A stretch of 36,564 nucleotides of DNA. Origin: Synechococcus sp. GTDB lineage: Bacteria > Cyanobacteriota > Cyanobacteriia > Thermostichales > PCC-7336. Shown in pieces: positions 9,169 through 18,225 of the stretch. The stretch lies in NCBI GenBank assembly GCA_051439425.1, contig JBFRWD010000085.1, forward strand, positions 1-36,564, in the 5' to 3' direction. Within the stretch, counting starts at the first letter, position 1. The number at the start of each line of letters is the position of its first letter. Under the pieces are notes generated by a model that saw only the letters and a list, made by a program, of their open reading frames with translations, searched no databases and was not told the DNA's origin. The translations under genes were made by a program, and so were the position numbers.

Positions 9169-9792
9169 ATGGCGATCGGAACTGGCCTAGCACAACTGTT
9201 CCAGGCAATTGTCAGTAAAAGCGTCACGATACTGGCGACCTCTGTTGGGATAACAGCATTCACCACCCTTGTTGCTGCGGAGACAAAAGCTCTCCCAACT
9301 CGCGCCATTCGCCCCTCAGAAGACAGCCTTTATGCTGCCCAAGTCCTGAGGGTAGTGGATGGAGAAACGCTTCTGGTTCGGTTCGTCGAGAATGACGACG
9401 AACCAGGCGGACTCCCGTTCGATCGCGTCGTGACTATGGACGTAACTGGCATTGATGCACCGGTTGCCGAGCAAACCCCTTGGAGCTACAACACCGGACA
9501 ATACCTCCAGGATCGGGTCAATCGCATGCGAGTGCTGGTAGAGCTGATCGAAGCACCAGAAGAGACCGTAGGGGCGGTACCGGCGTACATCTGGACGGGG
9601 AATACGCTGGTGAATGAAGAGATGCTCAATCTCGGGCATGCTTTGACTGAAGATGAGCCGCTGGACACTCGATATTCGAGGGAGTTTTTGGATGCCCAAG
9701 AGGTTGCTCAGAAGCAAGGGCGAGGGATTTGGAATTATTACAGCCCGTTGCCGCAGTCGCCGGCTCAGTTTAGGCAGAGTCGGGGGTATTAG
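9169..9792 (+). CDS. Thermonuclease (SNase-like) family protein, probably exported, with degenerate catalytic residues
   Basis: RVVDGETL, GIDAP, AYIW...LVNEEMLNLGHA and AQEVAQKQGRGIW follow the SNase fold pattern. Hydrophobic N-terminus. The ATG at 9169 is preferred over the ORF-track start at 8989. Confidence 0.8.
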   Translation: MAIGTGLAQLFQAIVSKSVTILATSVGITAFTTLVAAETKALPTRAIRPSEDSLYAAQVLRVVDGETLLVRFVENDDEPGGLPFDRVVTMDVTGIDAPVAEQTPWSYNTGQYLQDRVNRMRVLVELIEAPEETVGAVPAYIWTGNTLVNEEMLNLGHALTEDEPLDTRYSREFLDAQEVAQKQGRGIWNYYSPLPQSPAQFRQSRGY

Positions 9793-9838
9793 TTATTTAT
9801 CCCTGGTCATTAGTCCTTGGTCACTAGTACCTGGTTGT
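9790..9838. repeat. Heptamer short tandem repeat (STRR-like) between convergent genes
   Basis: tagttat-ttatccc-tggtcat-tagtcct-tggtcac-tagtacc-tggttgt. Confidence 0.7.
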
Positions 9839-9873
9839 TGGCAGGAGCTGGGCTGAGGATTGACTGGATGGAC

Positions 9874-10845
9874 TTAGTCAATACGGGTGCCGTGGTTGGC
9901 ATAGACACGGAAGCCGTCCGTGTACTGGATAGCGGGCTCGCCGCTGGCGTGAATGCGATTGTCGCTATCCAGCAGCAGATGGGTGGGGCGATCGCAGACG
10001 ATGGCAACATTCTTGAAGGGTAGGAACCAGCCGCAGCGTTTGACTAAAGACTTCAGCACGTACCAGTGCTTTTCAGGGCAATCAAACTTCAAGAGAGAGT
10101 AGAAAAAGTCGAGATAGCCGCAATAGCCACTCCACAGCTCGGGAGTCAGGCAGTTGAAGAGGCTGAGCCCTTGCTCGGATCCTAACACCACCCCCCACAA
10201 ATCTCCCAAATCGTCGGTAGGTTGACCGTCGGCGTCGAAGGCATGTATTTCGATGGGTAATTCGAAAAAGGACTTGGGGGAGTCAGCAAACTGAAGCAGC
10301 ATGCGGGTTAGGGGCTTGGCCCAGGGAAATTCCTGTTCTAAGTTCTGTCCTCCGCCAATTGCCAAGGTCAGTCCAACAAAATGGCGAGCACTGAATTCGG
10401 AGCCTAACTGATTGCCCACCAGGGTTCCCAACTGCCCCTGAGGGCTGACGCTGAGACTACGAATGGAGTCTTCTTCCAGATGCTCCCCAATGGCTTCTAA
10501 CTGGTCGAGCAATATCTTGGATTGCAGCAGCTCTCCTACCGGCAGTCCTAGTCGGCTGTTCTCCATCGATCCCGAGATGTCCTGCAGCCAATCCATGACG
10601 GTATCAAATCCGTGCAACGGGCTGGAACAAAAGACAATGTCAGGATCGCTCAGCCCGGAGATCGCGTAGGCCATCCTCACCGCCTCGCGAGCTAGATCGC
10701 GAGAACGTTCCTGAGCCTGTCGACCGACCGGACTGGTGGTCTGCAAGCCCGCCCGCTTCCAGCGATCGCGAGAGCCAAACAACATGGCCTCTTGTTCGAG
10801 TGTGAGACGGTGGAGAGGGTTGGTCATAAGTACCGGACGAACCAA
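9874..10845 (-). CDS. DUF6745-like domain protein
   Basis: N-terminal LT.EQEA...RDRW and IVFCSSP. C-terminal CGWFLPFKNVAIVCDRP...RIHASGEPAIQYTDGFRVYANHG. The family assignment is from recall. Confidence 0.65.
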   Translation of the reverse strand: MVRPVLMTNPLHRLTLEQEAMLFGSRDRWKRAGLQTTSPVGRQAQERSRDLAREAVRMAYAISGLSDPDIVFCSSPLHGFDTVMDWLQDISGSMENSRLGLPVGELLQSKILLDQLEAIGEHLEEDSIRSLSVSPQGQLGTLVGNQLGSEFSARHFVGLTLAIGGGQNLEQEFPWAKPLTRMLLQFADSPKSFFELPIEIHAFDADGQPTDDLGDLWGVVLGSEQGLSLFNCLTPELWSGYCGYLDFFYSLLKFDCPEKHWYVLKSLVKRCGWFLPFKNVAIVCDRPTHLLLDSDNRIHASGEPAIQYTDGFRVYANHGTRID

Positions 10846-11045
10846 ACGGGCGCTCGCTCTTAGATTAGCGCGATCTCGGGTAACCGGTCATCGAGGAATA
10901 CCGTCCTCTCTGTCTGGTTATCTCCCCTTGTTTGGCTATTTTGGGCAAGCGAAAAGAGAATTTCTCCCCATATTGGCCAGCAGGTAACCCCACAAATAAC
11001 GGCTTACTATCCACTTTGATGTCTCTGAGAACAAGCTGGACACAC

Positions 11046-11909
11046 TTATGAAGTAAACGGAGAGCGCCAAGCGCGCCCCGGCTGGATTGGTCGATCGAGC
11101 AGTACGCCATTGTCTAAATGGAGGCGGCGGTGTTTTGACTGAGTAATCAACCCGCGATCATGGGTACTCATGATGATGGTTACCCCAAACGAGTTCAGCC
11201 GCTCCAAGATTTGCAGCACCAATCGAGAATTCTCTGGATCGAGATTTCCGGTGGGCTCGTCCGCTAACAGCAATGGGGGAGTATTCACAATGGCCCGTGC
11301 CAAACTTACCCGCTGCTGTTCCCCCCCAGATAACTCGTTCGGGAAGCGATCGCACTTATCCATTAACCCCACCATCTTGAGGGCAGGACCCAACCTCCGT
11401 TTCACTTCAAATCGAGATATGCCTTGAGCCCGCAGCACAAAAGCGACGTTTTCTCCCACGGTCCGGTTGGGCAATAATTTGTAATCCTGAAACACCACCC
11501 CAATCCGGCGGCGCATCATCGCCAGCGATCGCTTGCGCAACTTTGACAGGTGGACTCCAGCCACCGTTACTCGCCCGCTGCTAATGTCTTCCGCACCGTA
11601 CAGCAATCTCAGCAACGTAGATTTGCCCGCCCCCGATGCCCCCGTAACAAACACAAACTCACGTTGCTGGACTGTGAGACTGACATTATTGAGCACGGTG
11701 ATATTTGGGTCGTACACCTTGGTGACATGCTGCAAGTGCACGAGGGTTTTCTCAGCCACTTCAGGCATCGAATCCTGAGTTGCAGGTAGGGAGGAGCCAT
11801 GCAATCCTGCAGTTGACTCGGATGAGCCGGGATCGGTCGAATCAATATTAGGGGAATCACTATTCGGCGAAACCAGTGATTTGCTGCCCCGAGTAAGACC
11901 TTGAATCAT
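11046..11909 (-). CDS. ftsE: Cell division ATP-binding protein FtsE
   Basis: FVTGASGAGKSTLL, RRRIGVVFQDYKLL, LSGGEQQRVSLARAIV, LLADEPTGNLD and STHD motifs. The ATG at 11909 overlaps the upstream stop (ATGA); a later start is possible. Confidence 0.88.
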   Translation of the reverse strand: MIQGLTRGSKSLVSPNSDSPNIDSTDPGSSESTAGLHGSSLPATQDSMPEVAEKTLVHLQHVTKVYDPNITVLNNVSLTVQQREFVFVTGASGAGKSTLLRLLYGAEDISSGRVTVAGVHLSKLRKRSLAMMRRRIGVVFQDYKLLPNRTVGENVAFVLRAQGISRFEVKRRLGPALKMVGLMDKCDRFPNELSGGEQQRVSLARAIVNTPPLLLADEPTGNLDPENSRLVLQILERLNSFGVTIIMSTHDRGLITQSKHRRLHLDNGVLLDRPIQPGRAWRSPFTS

Positions 11910-12688
11910 TTCCGTACAACTCCATTCACCAGCACATACCAAGCAAATTGCGGGAGAGCAAGCATCCGCCGCCATCGCCAAGGTTCTTTATACAAGCGAT
12001 ACAGCCATTCCAAATGGCGATCTCGCATCCATTGCGGGGCTCGTTCTTTGGTCCCCGCCCAGATATCCAAACTGCCTCCAATGCCAATCCAAGTGGCTGT
12101 GGGTAACAGGTGGCGGTGTTGACGAATCCAGTACTCCTGGCGCGGAGAGCCCAAACCGACAAACACTAGTTGCGGCTGTAACACCGAGAGTTGATTGACG
12201 ATCTCTTTTTCCGCTTCGGCGTCAAAGTAACCATTGCATCCTTCTACAACCAGCGTGGGATACCGCTCGTGCCACTGGGTCAGCACAGAGTCGAAGACCT
12301 CTGCTGCCCCCCCCAGTAGATATACAGTCCATCCCTCCTGTTCCGCCAGGCTCACCAATTGCTCCGCAAGCTCAATCCCCGGACAACGAAGGATATGAGT
12401 GCGCTGTAATTGCAGAGCCAAAACCACCCCTGCCCCATCGGGTGTCAGCAGATCGGCATCTTGCAATGCAGAAGCAAACTGAGGATCGCGCCTACCGAGC
12501 ATAATCATTTCGGCGTTGAGGGTAATAGCATGTGTACCCACACCATCCCGAATGCGATCGCGCAGCCAAGCAATATATGCCCCAAATGGCTCCGACCCCC
12601 CTTCCGATGAAACCGGAACGTGCACCGGAACCCCCAAGACTTGACGGAGGCACAACTCAGACACGGCAGCAGTAGCGCTTTCTAGCAA
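11906..12688 (-). CDS. WecB/TagA/CpsF family glycosyltransferase
   Basis: TLNAEM, DLLTPDGAGVV, GIELAE, FVGLGSPRQEYWI, GIGGSLDIWAG, RAPQWM and LEWLYRL..EPWRWRR motifs. Confidence 0.93.
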   Translation of the reverse strand: MLESATAAVSELCLRQVLGVPVHVPVSSEGGSEPFGAYIAWLRDRIRDGVGTHAITLNAEMIMLGRRDPQFASALQDADLLTPDGAGVVLALQLQRTHILRCPGIELAEQLVSLAEQEGWTVYLLGGAAEVFDSVLTQWHERYPTLVVEGCNGYFDAEAEKEIVNQLSVLQPQLVFVGLGSPRQEYWIRQHRHLLPTATWIGIGGSLDIWAGTKERAPQWMRDRHLEWLYRLYKEPWRWRRMLALPQFAWYVLVNGVVRK

Positions 12689-12727
12689 TTACGACCAACC
12701 TTACGTTCGATAATTGGAGTTTTCAAT

Positions 12728-12756
12728 AAAAAAACCGCCAGACAACAATCTGGCGG
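12728..12756 (-). terminator. Intrinsic terminator (minus strand)
   Basis: Stem CCGCCAGA (12735-12742) / TCTGGCGG (12749-12756) with an A7 run at 12728-12734 that forms the U-tract on the minus strand. Confidence 0.8.
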
Positions 12757-12762
12757 ATATCT

Positions 12763-12859
12763 GTATAGTTCAAGTCCCCAGGTAGAGCCCATATGTAACG
12801 ACTGACAAATCTTCAATCGCTAAATATGACGACGCAGCTCGGTTACCAGGAACGCACAC
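12763..12859 (-). ncRNA. Candidate structured RNA (rod-like hairpin) of unknown family
   Basis: Nested complementary segments that pair better on the minus strand through several G-U pairs, immediately followed by the terminator. Confidence 0.4.
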
Positions 12860-12903
12860 TCACAAGTCATCAAGGGCAATCAGCACAAGCATCAGTTAGT
12901 AGA

Positions 12904-12938
12904 GTCAATCACCAATAACCAATGACCAATCACCAGTA
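12904..12938. repeat. Heptamer short tandem repeat (STRR-like)
   Basis: gtcaatc-accaata-accaatg-accaatc-accagta. Confidence 0.75.
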
Positions 12939-12952
12939 CTTAAGAACCACCC

Positions 12953-13411
12953 CTAAACAACTTCAGTAATCCCAACAATCTTGCTACCCGAACGCGCAAT
13001 ACGAGCAACCTCATTAGACAATCGACTGTAAGACACCCGGATACTCTGAACGCTTTGGCGCACCTGAGGCCCCATTGCACCGGAATAGTGAATCACAAAG
13101 ACTTTATCGCGATTATCCACATCGCTGCGGGTGGCGCTGGATACCGTCGAGGTTGCTTCAGGAGCTGCCGAACCACCAGTTTGACTGAGATAGAGTCTCC
13201 AGCCGCGAGGAGCTGCTGGTGCAAGCACCATCGAAATAGAGTAAGCCCCTGCAACAGCAGAATCCCCATCTAAACTTACGGATGTCCCCACCGCCAACTT
13301 CATGGTTTGATTGCCGGTTGCTTCTACTTTGATATCGGAAGAGCCGGGCAGGACATCGCCCATCAGCGAAACTTCAAATTGGTCGTCCCCAGCGGTGAGA
13401 GTAATACCCAT
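12953..13411 (-). CDS. Phycobilisome linker-like protein with a C-terminal CpcD/ApcC domain and an unrecognised N-terminal domain
   Basis: The C-terminus VFVIHYSG...VRQSVQSIRVSYSRLSNEVARIARSGSKIVGI matches the CpcD/allophycocyanin linker domain pattern. Confidence 0.8.
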   Translation of the reverse strand: MGITLTAGDDQFEVSLMGDVLPGSSDIKVEATGNQTMKLAVGTSVSLDGDSAVAGAYSISMVLAPAAPRGWRLYLSQTGGSAAPEATSTVSSATRSDVDNRDKVFVIHYSGAMGPQVRQSVQSIRVSYSRLSNEVARIARSGSKIVGITEVV

Positions 13412-13605
13412 AAAACAGAATCTCTATAAAAATAAATCTGGTTTAGCAGAGATATTGTACCGTTCTGGGGTTCTCATCTAAGGGCATGAACGCAAACAGA
13501 TACGGTTACAGTAGAGTGCCGCCAATTGTTTTTTTGCTCTAACTCATCCCTCTGCTTGACTAACAGCTCCCTTTCTGGGCTTTTCGCCAACATTTCCAAC
13601 TAGCC

Positions 13606-14421
13606 ATGCCCGAACCCCGTCAGTCCAAACTTCTCCCGCTACCCAATGCTGTCCCCGCTGAAGCGATCGCCCAGTGCGAGGCATGGAGCAATCTTCTGCG
13701 CTCCCGCGACTGGTTGGCCGATCTGGGCTGGCAGCCATCGGAACGAGAACTTCAGCAATTTGAAAAACTCTATGAAGCCGTAATTCTAGGCAATTCCGTC
13801 CAGAATTTAACCCGTCTGACCAACCCCGAAGATTTCTGGGAGAAGCACCTCTGGGACTCCCTCAGAGGGGTGTTGAGCTTGGGTAGTTGGGAGGAGCTTG
13901 CCGCTCAGTCACCACAGGTCATCGACATTGGCTCAGGGGCTGGATTTCCCGGCCTGCCGATTGCCATCACCTTGCCCAGCTGGTCAGTGACTTTATTGGA
14001 CTCGACCAAGCGGAAAGTGACGTTTATCGAGCAAGCGATCGCCCGCATTGGCCTGACAAATACATCGGGACTGGCCAGCCGAGTGGAGCTAGTTCCTCAA
14101 CGGGAGACGTTTGATATAGCAGTGATGAGGGCGATCGGCCCCTCCCCAGTTTGTACCGAATATTGCCTCCCCCTGTTGAAAGTGGGCGGACGGGCCGTTA
14201 TGTATCGCGGTCACTGGAGCTTGGAAGAAGAAGGGACCGTAGCGTCGGTAGCTGAAATGTTGGGGGGCGAGATCGCCGAGGTTGACGCATTTACGACTCC
14301 AGTCAGTGAAGGTGTTCGTCACTGCGTTGTCTTGCTCAAGACCGACCCCACCCCAGAAGGCTTTCCCCGTTCCCCTGGCCTGGCCAAACGGCAACCTTTA
14401 GGCTTTGTCCCCGCGAAATAG
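13606..14421 (+). CDS. rsmG: 16S rRNA (guanine527-N7)-methyltransferase RsmG
   Basis: NLTRL, FWEKHLWDSL, IDIGSGAGFPGLP, LLDSTKRK and FPRSPG motifs. Confidence 0.95.
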   Translation: MPEPRQSKLLPLPNAVPAEAIAQCEAWSNLLRSRDWLADLGWQPSERELQQFEKLYEAVILGNSVQNLTRLTNPEDFWEKHLWDSLRGVLSLGSWEELAAQSPQVIDIGSGAGFPGLPIAITLPSWSVTLLDSTKRKVTFIEQAIARIGLTNTSGLASRVELVPQRETFDIAVMRAIGPSPVCTEYCLPLLKVGGRAVMYRGHWSLEEEGTVASVAEMLGGEIAEVDAFTTPVSEGVRHCVVLLKTDPTPEGFPRSPGLAKRQPLGFVPAK

Positions 14422-14495
14422 TTCCCCGGACCGTTTTGAACGGGCAGCTGAATCGGCCCACCCTACAAATTTACAAATATGGCTGAATTATTTGG

Positions 14496-15656
14496 TCAGG
14501 CGTCTTGCCGGGAAAGACTCCCAACCAATTGCGAGATCGCAGAATCGTAGCGGGGGACAATTGTCTGCCATTCGTAGTGCCGAGCAATACCCCTCAGACT
14601 GATGCTTCGCACTTTTGACTCATTCGTGGCCGCCCACAGCAAGCGATCGCACAAATCGGAAAAGTCGTCATACAAGTGGCGGTGGTGTAAATGAGAGGGT
14701 ATTAATTCCGGATAACTTAACCGATGGGGCAATAGGGGATAGCAGTTACAGTACATTGCCTCCAAAACACCGATCCCAAAAAATTCATGATGGGCGGTCG
14801 ATACAACCACATCACTGCTTAGCAACAGACGACCGTACTCTTCTAGAGATTCGGCATAGCCAAAATGAACGATGCGATCGCCTAACTTGCTACGAGCCTC
14901 GGCAAACTCGTGAGGTTGTTGTCGAAAATTCTCCCCCGCGACCGCCACTTCAAACGGCACATCCTGATCCATCAGGACATACAATGCCTGGAAAAATTCC
15001 GCCGGATTTTTGTCATATTCCCATCGTTGATTCCACACAATGCGCAGTGGCCTACTGGGTAGCGGTGCGTTCGAGTCAGCTGGTTGAGGTGGAACTGGAT
15101 AGTTATCGAACTTCTGCAGATCCAATCCCACCGGCAACACGAAACTCTTGTCCTGCAGGTGCGGAATTACCTCTAAATGGTTGTAGTCAGGGAAATGCTT
15201 CAACAGTCGTGGTAGCTCGTCAAAAAATTCGCCGCAATGATAGTCACTGTTAAAGGCGATCGCATCAGCCACCACCATGCTCAGCAGATTGATCGCGGCA
15301 TAGGTTAAATCTCGCTTTTCCCCTGGAAGAGTAGGATATGTCAGCTGATTTTCGTGGGTGTAGAACAACGCCGGGACCTCATCCAAATGGGGTCGAGAGA
15401 GAGCCAATAGCGCGGGCAAATTGGTCATGTCTGTCACCAGCAAGCAATCGGGCTTGCCGTAGTTCTGACAGTGCTGAATCACCTGTTGAGATAGTTCTAG
15501 CGCTCCTCCCTGCATGCGCCATTTCCAGAATCGTCCGACCATCGACAGTAGCGTTACTCGATGCCGACTGCGATCGCGTAAACCATTGGCCCAAGCAGCA
15601 TGAGAGCCTGTATGGTACGGAGACACTAAAAGGCACTGGAGGGGATTTTCCCGCAC
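14496..15656 (-). CDS. DUF3524-domain GT-B glycosyltransferase (GTDC1/QTMAN-like)
   Basis: PYHTGSH, GRFWKWRM, YTHENQLTYP, FNSDYH, WNQRWEYDKNP, STAHHEFFG and RLSYPEL motifs. The likely start is the GTG at 15656, because the ORF-track extension overlaps sasA. Confidence 0.82.
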   Translation of the reverse strand: MRENPLQCLLVSPYHTGSHAAWANGLRDRSRHRVTLLSMVGRFWKWRMQGGALELSQQVIQHCQNYGKPDCLLVTDMTNLPALLALSRPHLDEVPALFYTHENQLTYPTLPGEKRDLTYAAINLLSMVVADAIAFNSDYHCGEFFDELPRLLKHFPDYNHLEVIPHLQDKSFVLPVGLDLQKFDNYPVPPQPADSNAPLPSRPLRIVWNQRWEYDKNPAEFFQALYVLMDQDVPFEVAVAGENFRQQPHEFAEARSKLGDRIVHFGYAESLEEYGRLLLSSDVVVSTAHHEFFGIGVLEAMYCNCYPLLPHRLSYPELIPSHLHHRHLYDDFSDLCDRLLWAATNESKVRSISLRGIARHYEWQTIVPRYDSAISQLVGSLSRQDA

Positions 15657-15681
15657 TTGAGCTGTTCTTATGAAGTGTTCT

Positions 15682-16797
15682 TTATGTTTGATAGATCGGC
15701 AGCGTGAAGTGGAAACTGCTACCCTCGCCAGGCCGAGAATCCACCCAAATTCTGCCGTAGTGGGCCCGAATAATTCGGCGGCAGAGGGATAGGCCAATAC
15801 CGTATCCGTCGCAATCGAGATCGCGAGATAGTCGAACCGTATCGCTAAACACCCGTTCCTTCGCTTCTTGCGGAATCCCAGGTCCCGTATCCGCAACGAT
15901 CACTTCAACTTTTTGGCGCGTACGATGCAACGCGGTGACGCGAATGAGCCCGCCGGATGGTGTGTACTTAATGGCGTTATCTAACAGATTCATGAGCACC
16001 TGACGAATCTTGTCCACATCAGCATGGATGGTGGGCAGCACATCAGGAATATCGGTCTCTAAGATCAGCTCCTTATTGGCTGCCCGTGTCGCGATTTCAG
16101 AAATCACGTCTCGGCACAATGCCGAGAACTCCACCTGGCGGGTACTGAGAGCGAGTTCGGAAGAGGTGCCCCGAGCAGCTTCTAAAATGTCCGCGATCAT
16201 GCTGTCCATCAATCGCGTTTGGTTGCGAGCATGGGCAAACATCTGATTAACCGTCTCGGGCTTGAGTTTATCTTTGTTCAGCTCTAACGTTTCTAAAGCA
16301 AGGGAGGTAGCAGCGAGAGGGTTACGCAAATCGTGTGCCAGCATCGCTAAAATCCGATCTTTGAATAGGAGCTGTTCTTGTAGCTCAACCTCTCGCTGGC
16401 GCAGCTTAAATACATCCTCAGATAGACGCAGCAGTTCTGCCGTTTGCTCGGATGACACTGCACCGTCAGTCGGCTCGTCATCTTGCTGCAGCTCTAATTG
16501 CCCCTGCCAGCGAGGCCACCAAATTTCCAGTTGAGAGACTAAATCTTTACCGGCCAGAACTTGAGAAGGCGGCGGATTCGTCTTGACCAGGGCCGGAGTC
16601 GCGACCAATTTGTAATGCTCTGCCAGGTAGGGACGTTCGCCTAGCTCCACAATCTCTAATTGAGCGGAAAATGCGCCCTCCAGTGAATTCAATTGCTCTC
16701 GCAAAGACCGCACAAGCTCCCTGGTGCCAGGTCGCCGATCGACGAACACCAGAAGCTCAATACGTAGCGCGTTGGTAGTGGGCCCCTCTGATGTCAT
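15682..16797 (-). CDS. sasA: Adaptive-response sensor histidine kinase SasA (circadian output)
   Basis: KaiB-like N-terminus (LLVFVDRR, PYLAEHYKLVATPALVK, WWPRWQ), H-box MLAHDLRNPL, N-box NLLDNAIKYT, and the DTGPGI and GYGIGL motifs. Confidence 0.93.
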   Translation of the reverse strand: MTSEGPTTNALRIELLVFVDRRPGTRELVRSLREQLNSLEGAFSAQLEIVELGERPYLAEHYKLVATPALVKTNPPPSQVLAGKDLVSQLEIWWPRWQGQLELQQDDEPTDGAVSSEQTAELLRLSEDVFKLRQREVELQEQLLFKDRILAMLAHDLRNPLAATSLALETLELNKDKLKPETVNQMFAHARNQTRLMDSMIADILEAARGTSSELALSTRQVEFSALCRDVISEIATRAANKELILETDIPDVLPTIHADVDKIRQVLMNLLDNAIKYTPSGGLIRVTALHRTRQKVEVIVADTGPGIPQEAKERVFSDTVRLSRDLDCDGYGIGLSLCRRIIRAHYGRIWVDSRPGEGSSFHFTLPIYQT

Positions 16798-17028
16798 ACG
16801 AATCGGCGATCGAAAAAACCACGGACTTTATTACAAACAGTTAGCCAAGAGCAATCAAGGCTGTTAACTTTTTTAGATTTATCCTCTATGTTACGACAGA
16901 ACGCTAAGCTCCATCTCTATAAAAATGCAGGCCCTCCCACTCTTCGAATGAGTTCGCTACTGTTGAAATATGTAAGCTCTATCCCTCTATTAGCTGGGAT
17001 TTGTTGACGCAATCACCACTAGATTTAC

Positions 17029-18045
17029 ATGCATACTTTGGGTTCTGTCGCTATCGCTAGCGGAGCGATCGCATCGCTATCGCTAGCTACTGCCCATGCA
17101 TCTGCCTGGATGAATGGTATCTCCAATCGTTCACAACTCGACACCAATCTTCGTAATAGTTCGCCATCTCAATTCGTGACGTCCGTCCAACCAGTGCTGG
17201 AACAAGTGGCATTAGAGTCTTCTCTCACTCCAGCAATGGCATCTGCCTCTCTCTCTGCCACAGTGACCCCTGGCACGATTCAGCTGGGAGACACTCTCAC
17301 AGTCCACATCCAGCTTCCCGCCGGCAGCCCGACTCCAAGTGTGACATTCAGAGACCGACAATTTCCCGCGTTTCCGCTCTCATCTCAGCCTCACTCGGAT
17401 CGTCAACTCTATCGAGCTCTCGTCCCGTCATCACCACTCGATACCCCTGGGGCTGGCACTCTGACCGTGACGGCAGGGGACGAGCGGCAGACGTTACCCG
17501 TAACAATACGCGCCCGCACCTTTCCGACTCAATCCATCACAATCGGTAGTGGCGGTTTGCAAGCCACCCAAGTGGAATTGGATGCCGTATCCCAATTCAA
17601 GGCTATTTCCTCTCCCATGCGCTATTGGAATGGTCCGTTCCTGCGGCCCAGCGGCGGGCCAGTCAGCGCTGTATACGGAGTGCGGCGGTACTACAACGGC
17701 GTTTTTGCCAGCGATTATTATCACCGGGGAGTGGATTATGCCGCACCGCTGGGCGCTCCAATTGTTGCCCCTGCAGCCGGAACCATTGCGCTAGTTGGGC
17801 GAGAAACCGAAGGCTTCACCATTCACGGCAATACAGTGGGGATCGATCACGGCCAGGGAGTGGTCAGTATTTTTCTGCACCTCAACCAAATTTCAGTAAC
17901 GGAAGGGCAGGAGGTCGAAGCAGGACAGCAGGTGGGAACGATCGGCACGACCGGAGCTAGTACGGGGCCGCACCTTCACTGGGGGCTCTACGTACACGAG
18001 GTCGCAGTCGATCCGGTGCCGTGGCGATATCAAGGATTTGAGTAA
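17029..18045 (+). CDS. M23 family metallopeptidase, exported
   Basis: Signal-like N-terminus; YGVRRYYNG, YHRGVDY, GIDHGQG and STGPHLHW zinc motifs. Confidence 0.92.
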   Translation: MHTLGSVAIASGAIASLSLATAHASAWMNGISNRSQLDTNLRNSSPSQFVTSVQPVLEQVALESSLTPAMASASLSATVTPGTIQLGDTLTVHIQLPAGSPTPSVTFRDRQFPAFPLSSQPHSDRQLYRALVPSSPLDTPGAGTLTVTAGDERQTLPVTIRARTFPTQSITIGSGGLQATQVELDAVSQFKAISSPMRYWNGPFLRPSGGPVSAVYGVRRYYNGVFASDYYHRGVDYAAPLGAPIVAPAAGTIALVGRETEGFTIHGNTVGIDHGQGVVSIFLHLNQISVTEGQEVEAGQQVGTIGTTGASTGPHLHWGLYVHEVAVDPVPWRYQGFE

Positions 18046-18182
18046 GCTTCTTGCCCCCACCTCCAACGGGGAATCATCAGATTGGAACCCTTTTCTCTAG
18101 CCCTTGCAGCATCCGAGAAAAGGGTTAAAGATGTTTGCCTATTTACTTATCAAACATGAAATAAAATATTTCTACGAATTGC

Positions 18183-18212
18183 TTGACAGCTGTAGGGAAA
18201 ATCCGGCATGTT
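18183..18212 (+). promoter_or_regulatory. Putative sigma70-type promoter of tRNA-Leu
   Basis: TTGACA at 18183-18188 and a weak -10 (CATGTT, 18-nt spacing) just upstream of the tRNA. Confidence 0.45.
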
Positions 18213-18225
18213 TGTATGGCAATAA

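Noticed and set aside
12765..12856. Glutamine (glnA/downstream-peptide) riboswitch or a tRNA fragment on the plus strand (GTTCAAGTCC; CGCAGCTCGG...GGAACGC)
   Set aside because: The motif spacing does not fit, no downstream plus-strand gene exists, there is no cloverleaf, and the pairing favours the minus strand.
15657..15896. ORF-track N-terminal extensions (glycosyltransferase to 15896, ftsE to 11981, thermonuclease from 8989, hsp20 from 22499)
   Set aside because: They overlap neighbouring genes or lack family similarity; downstream starts fit better.
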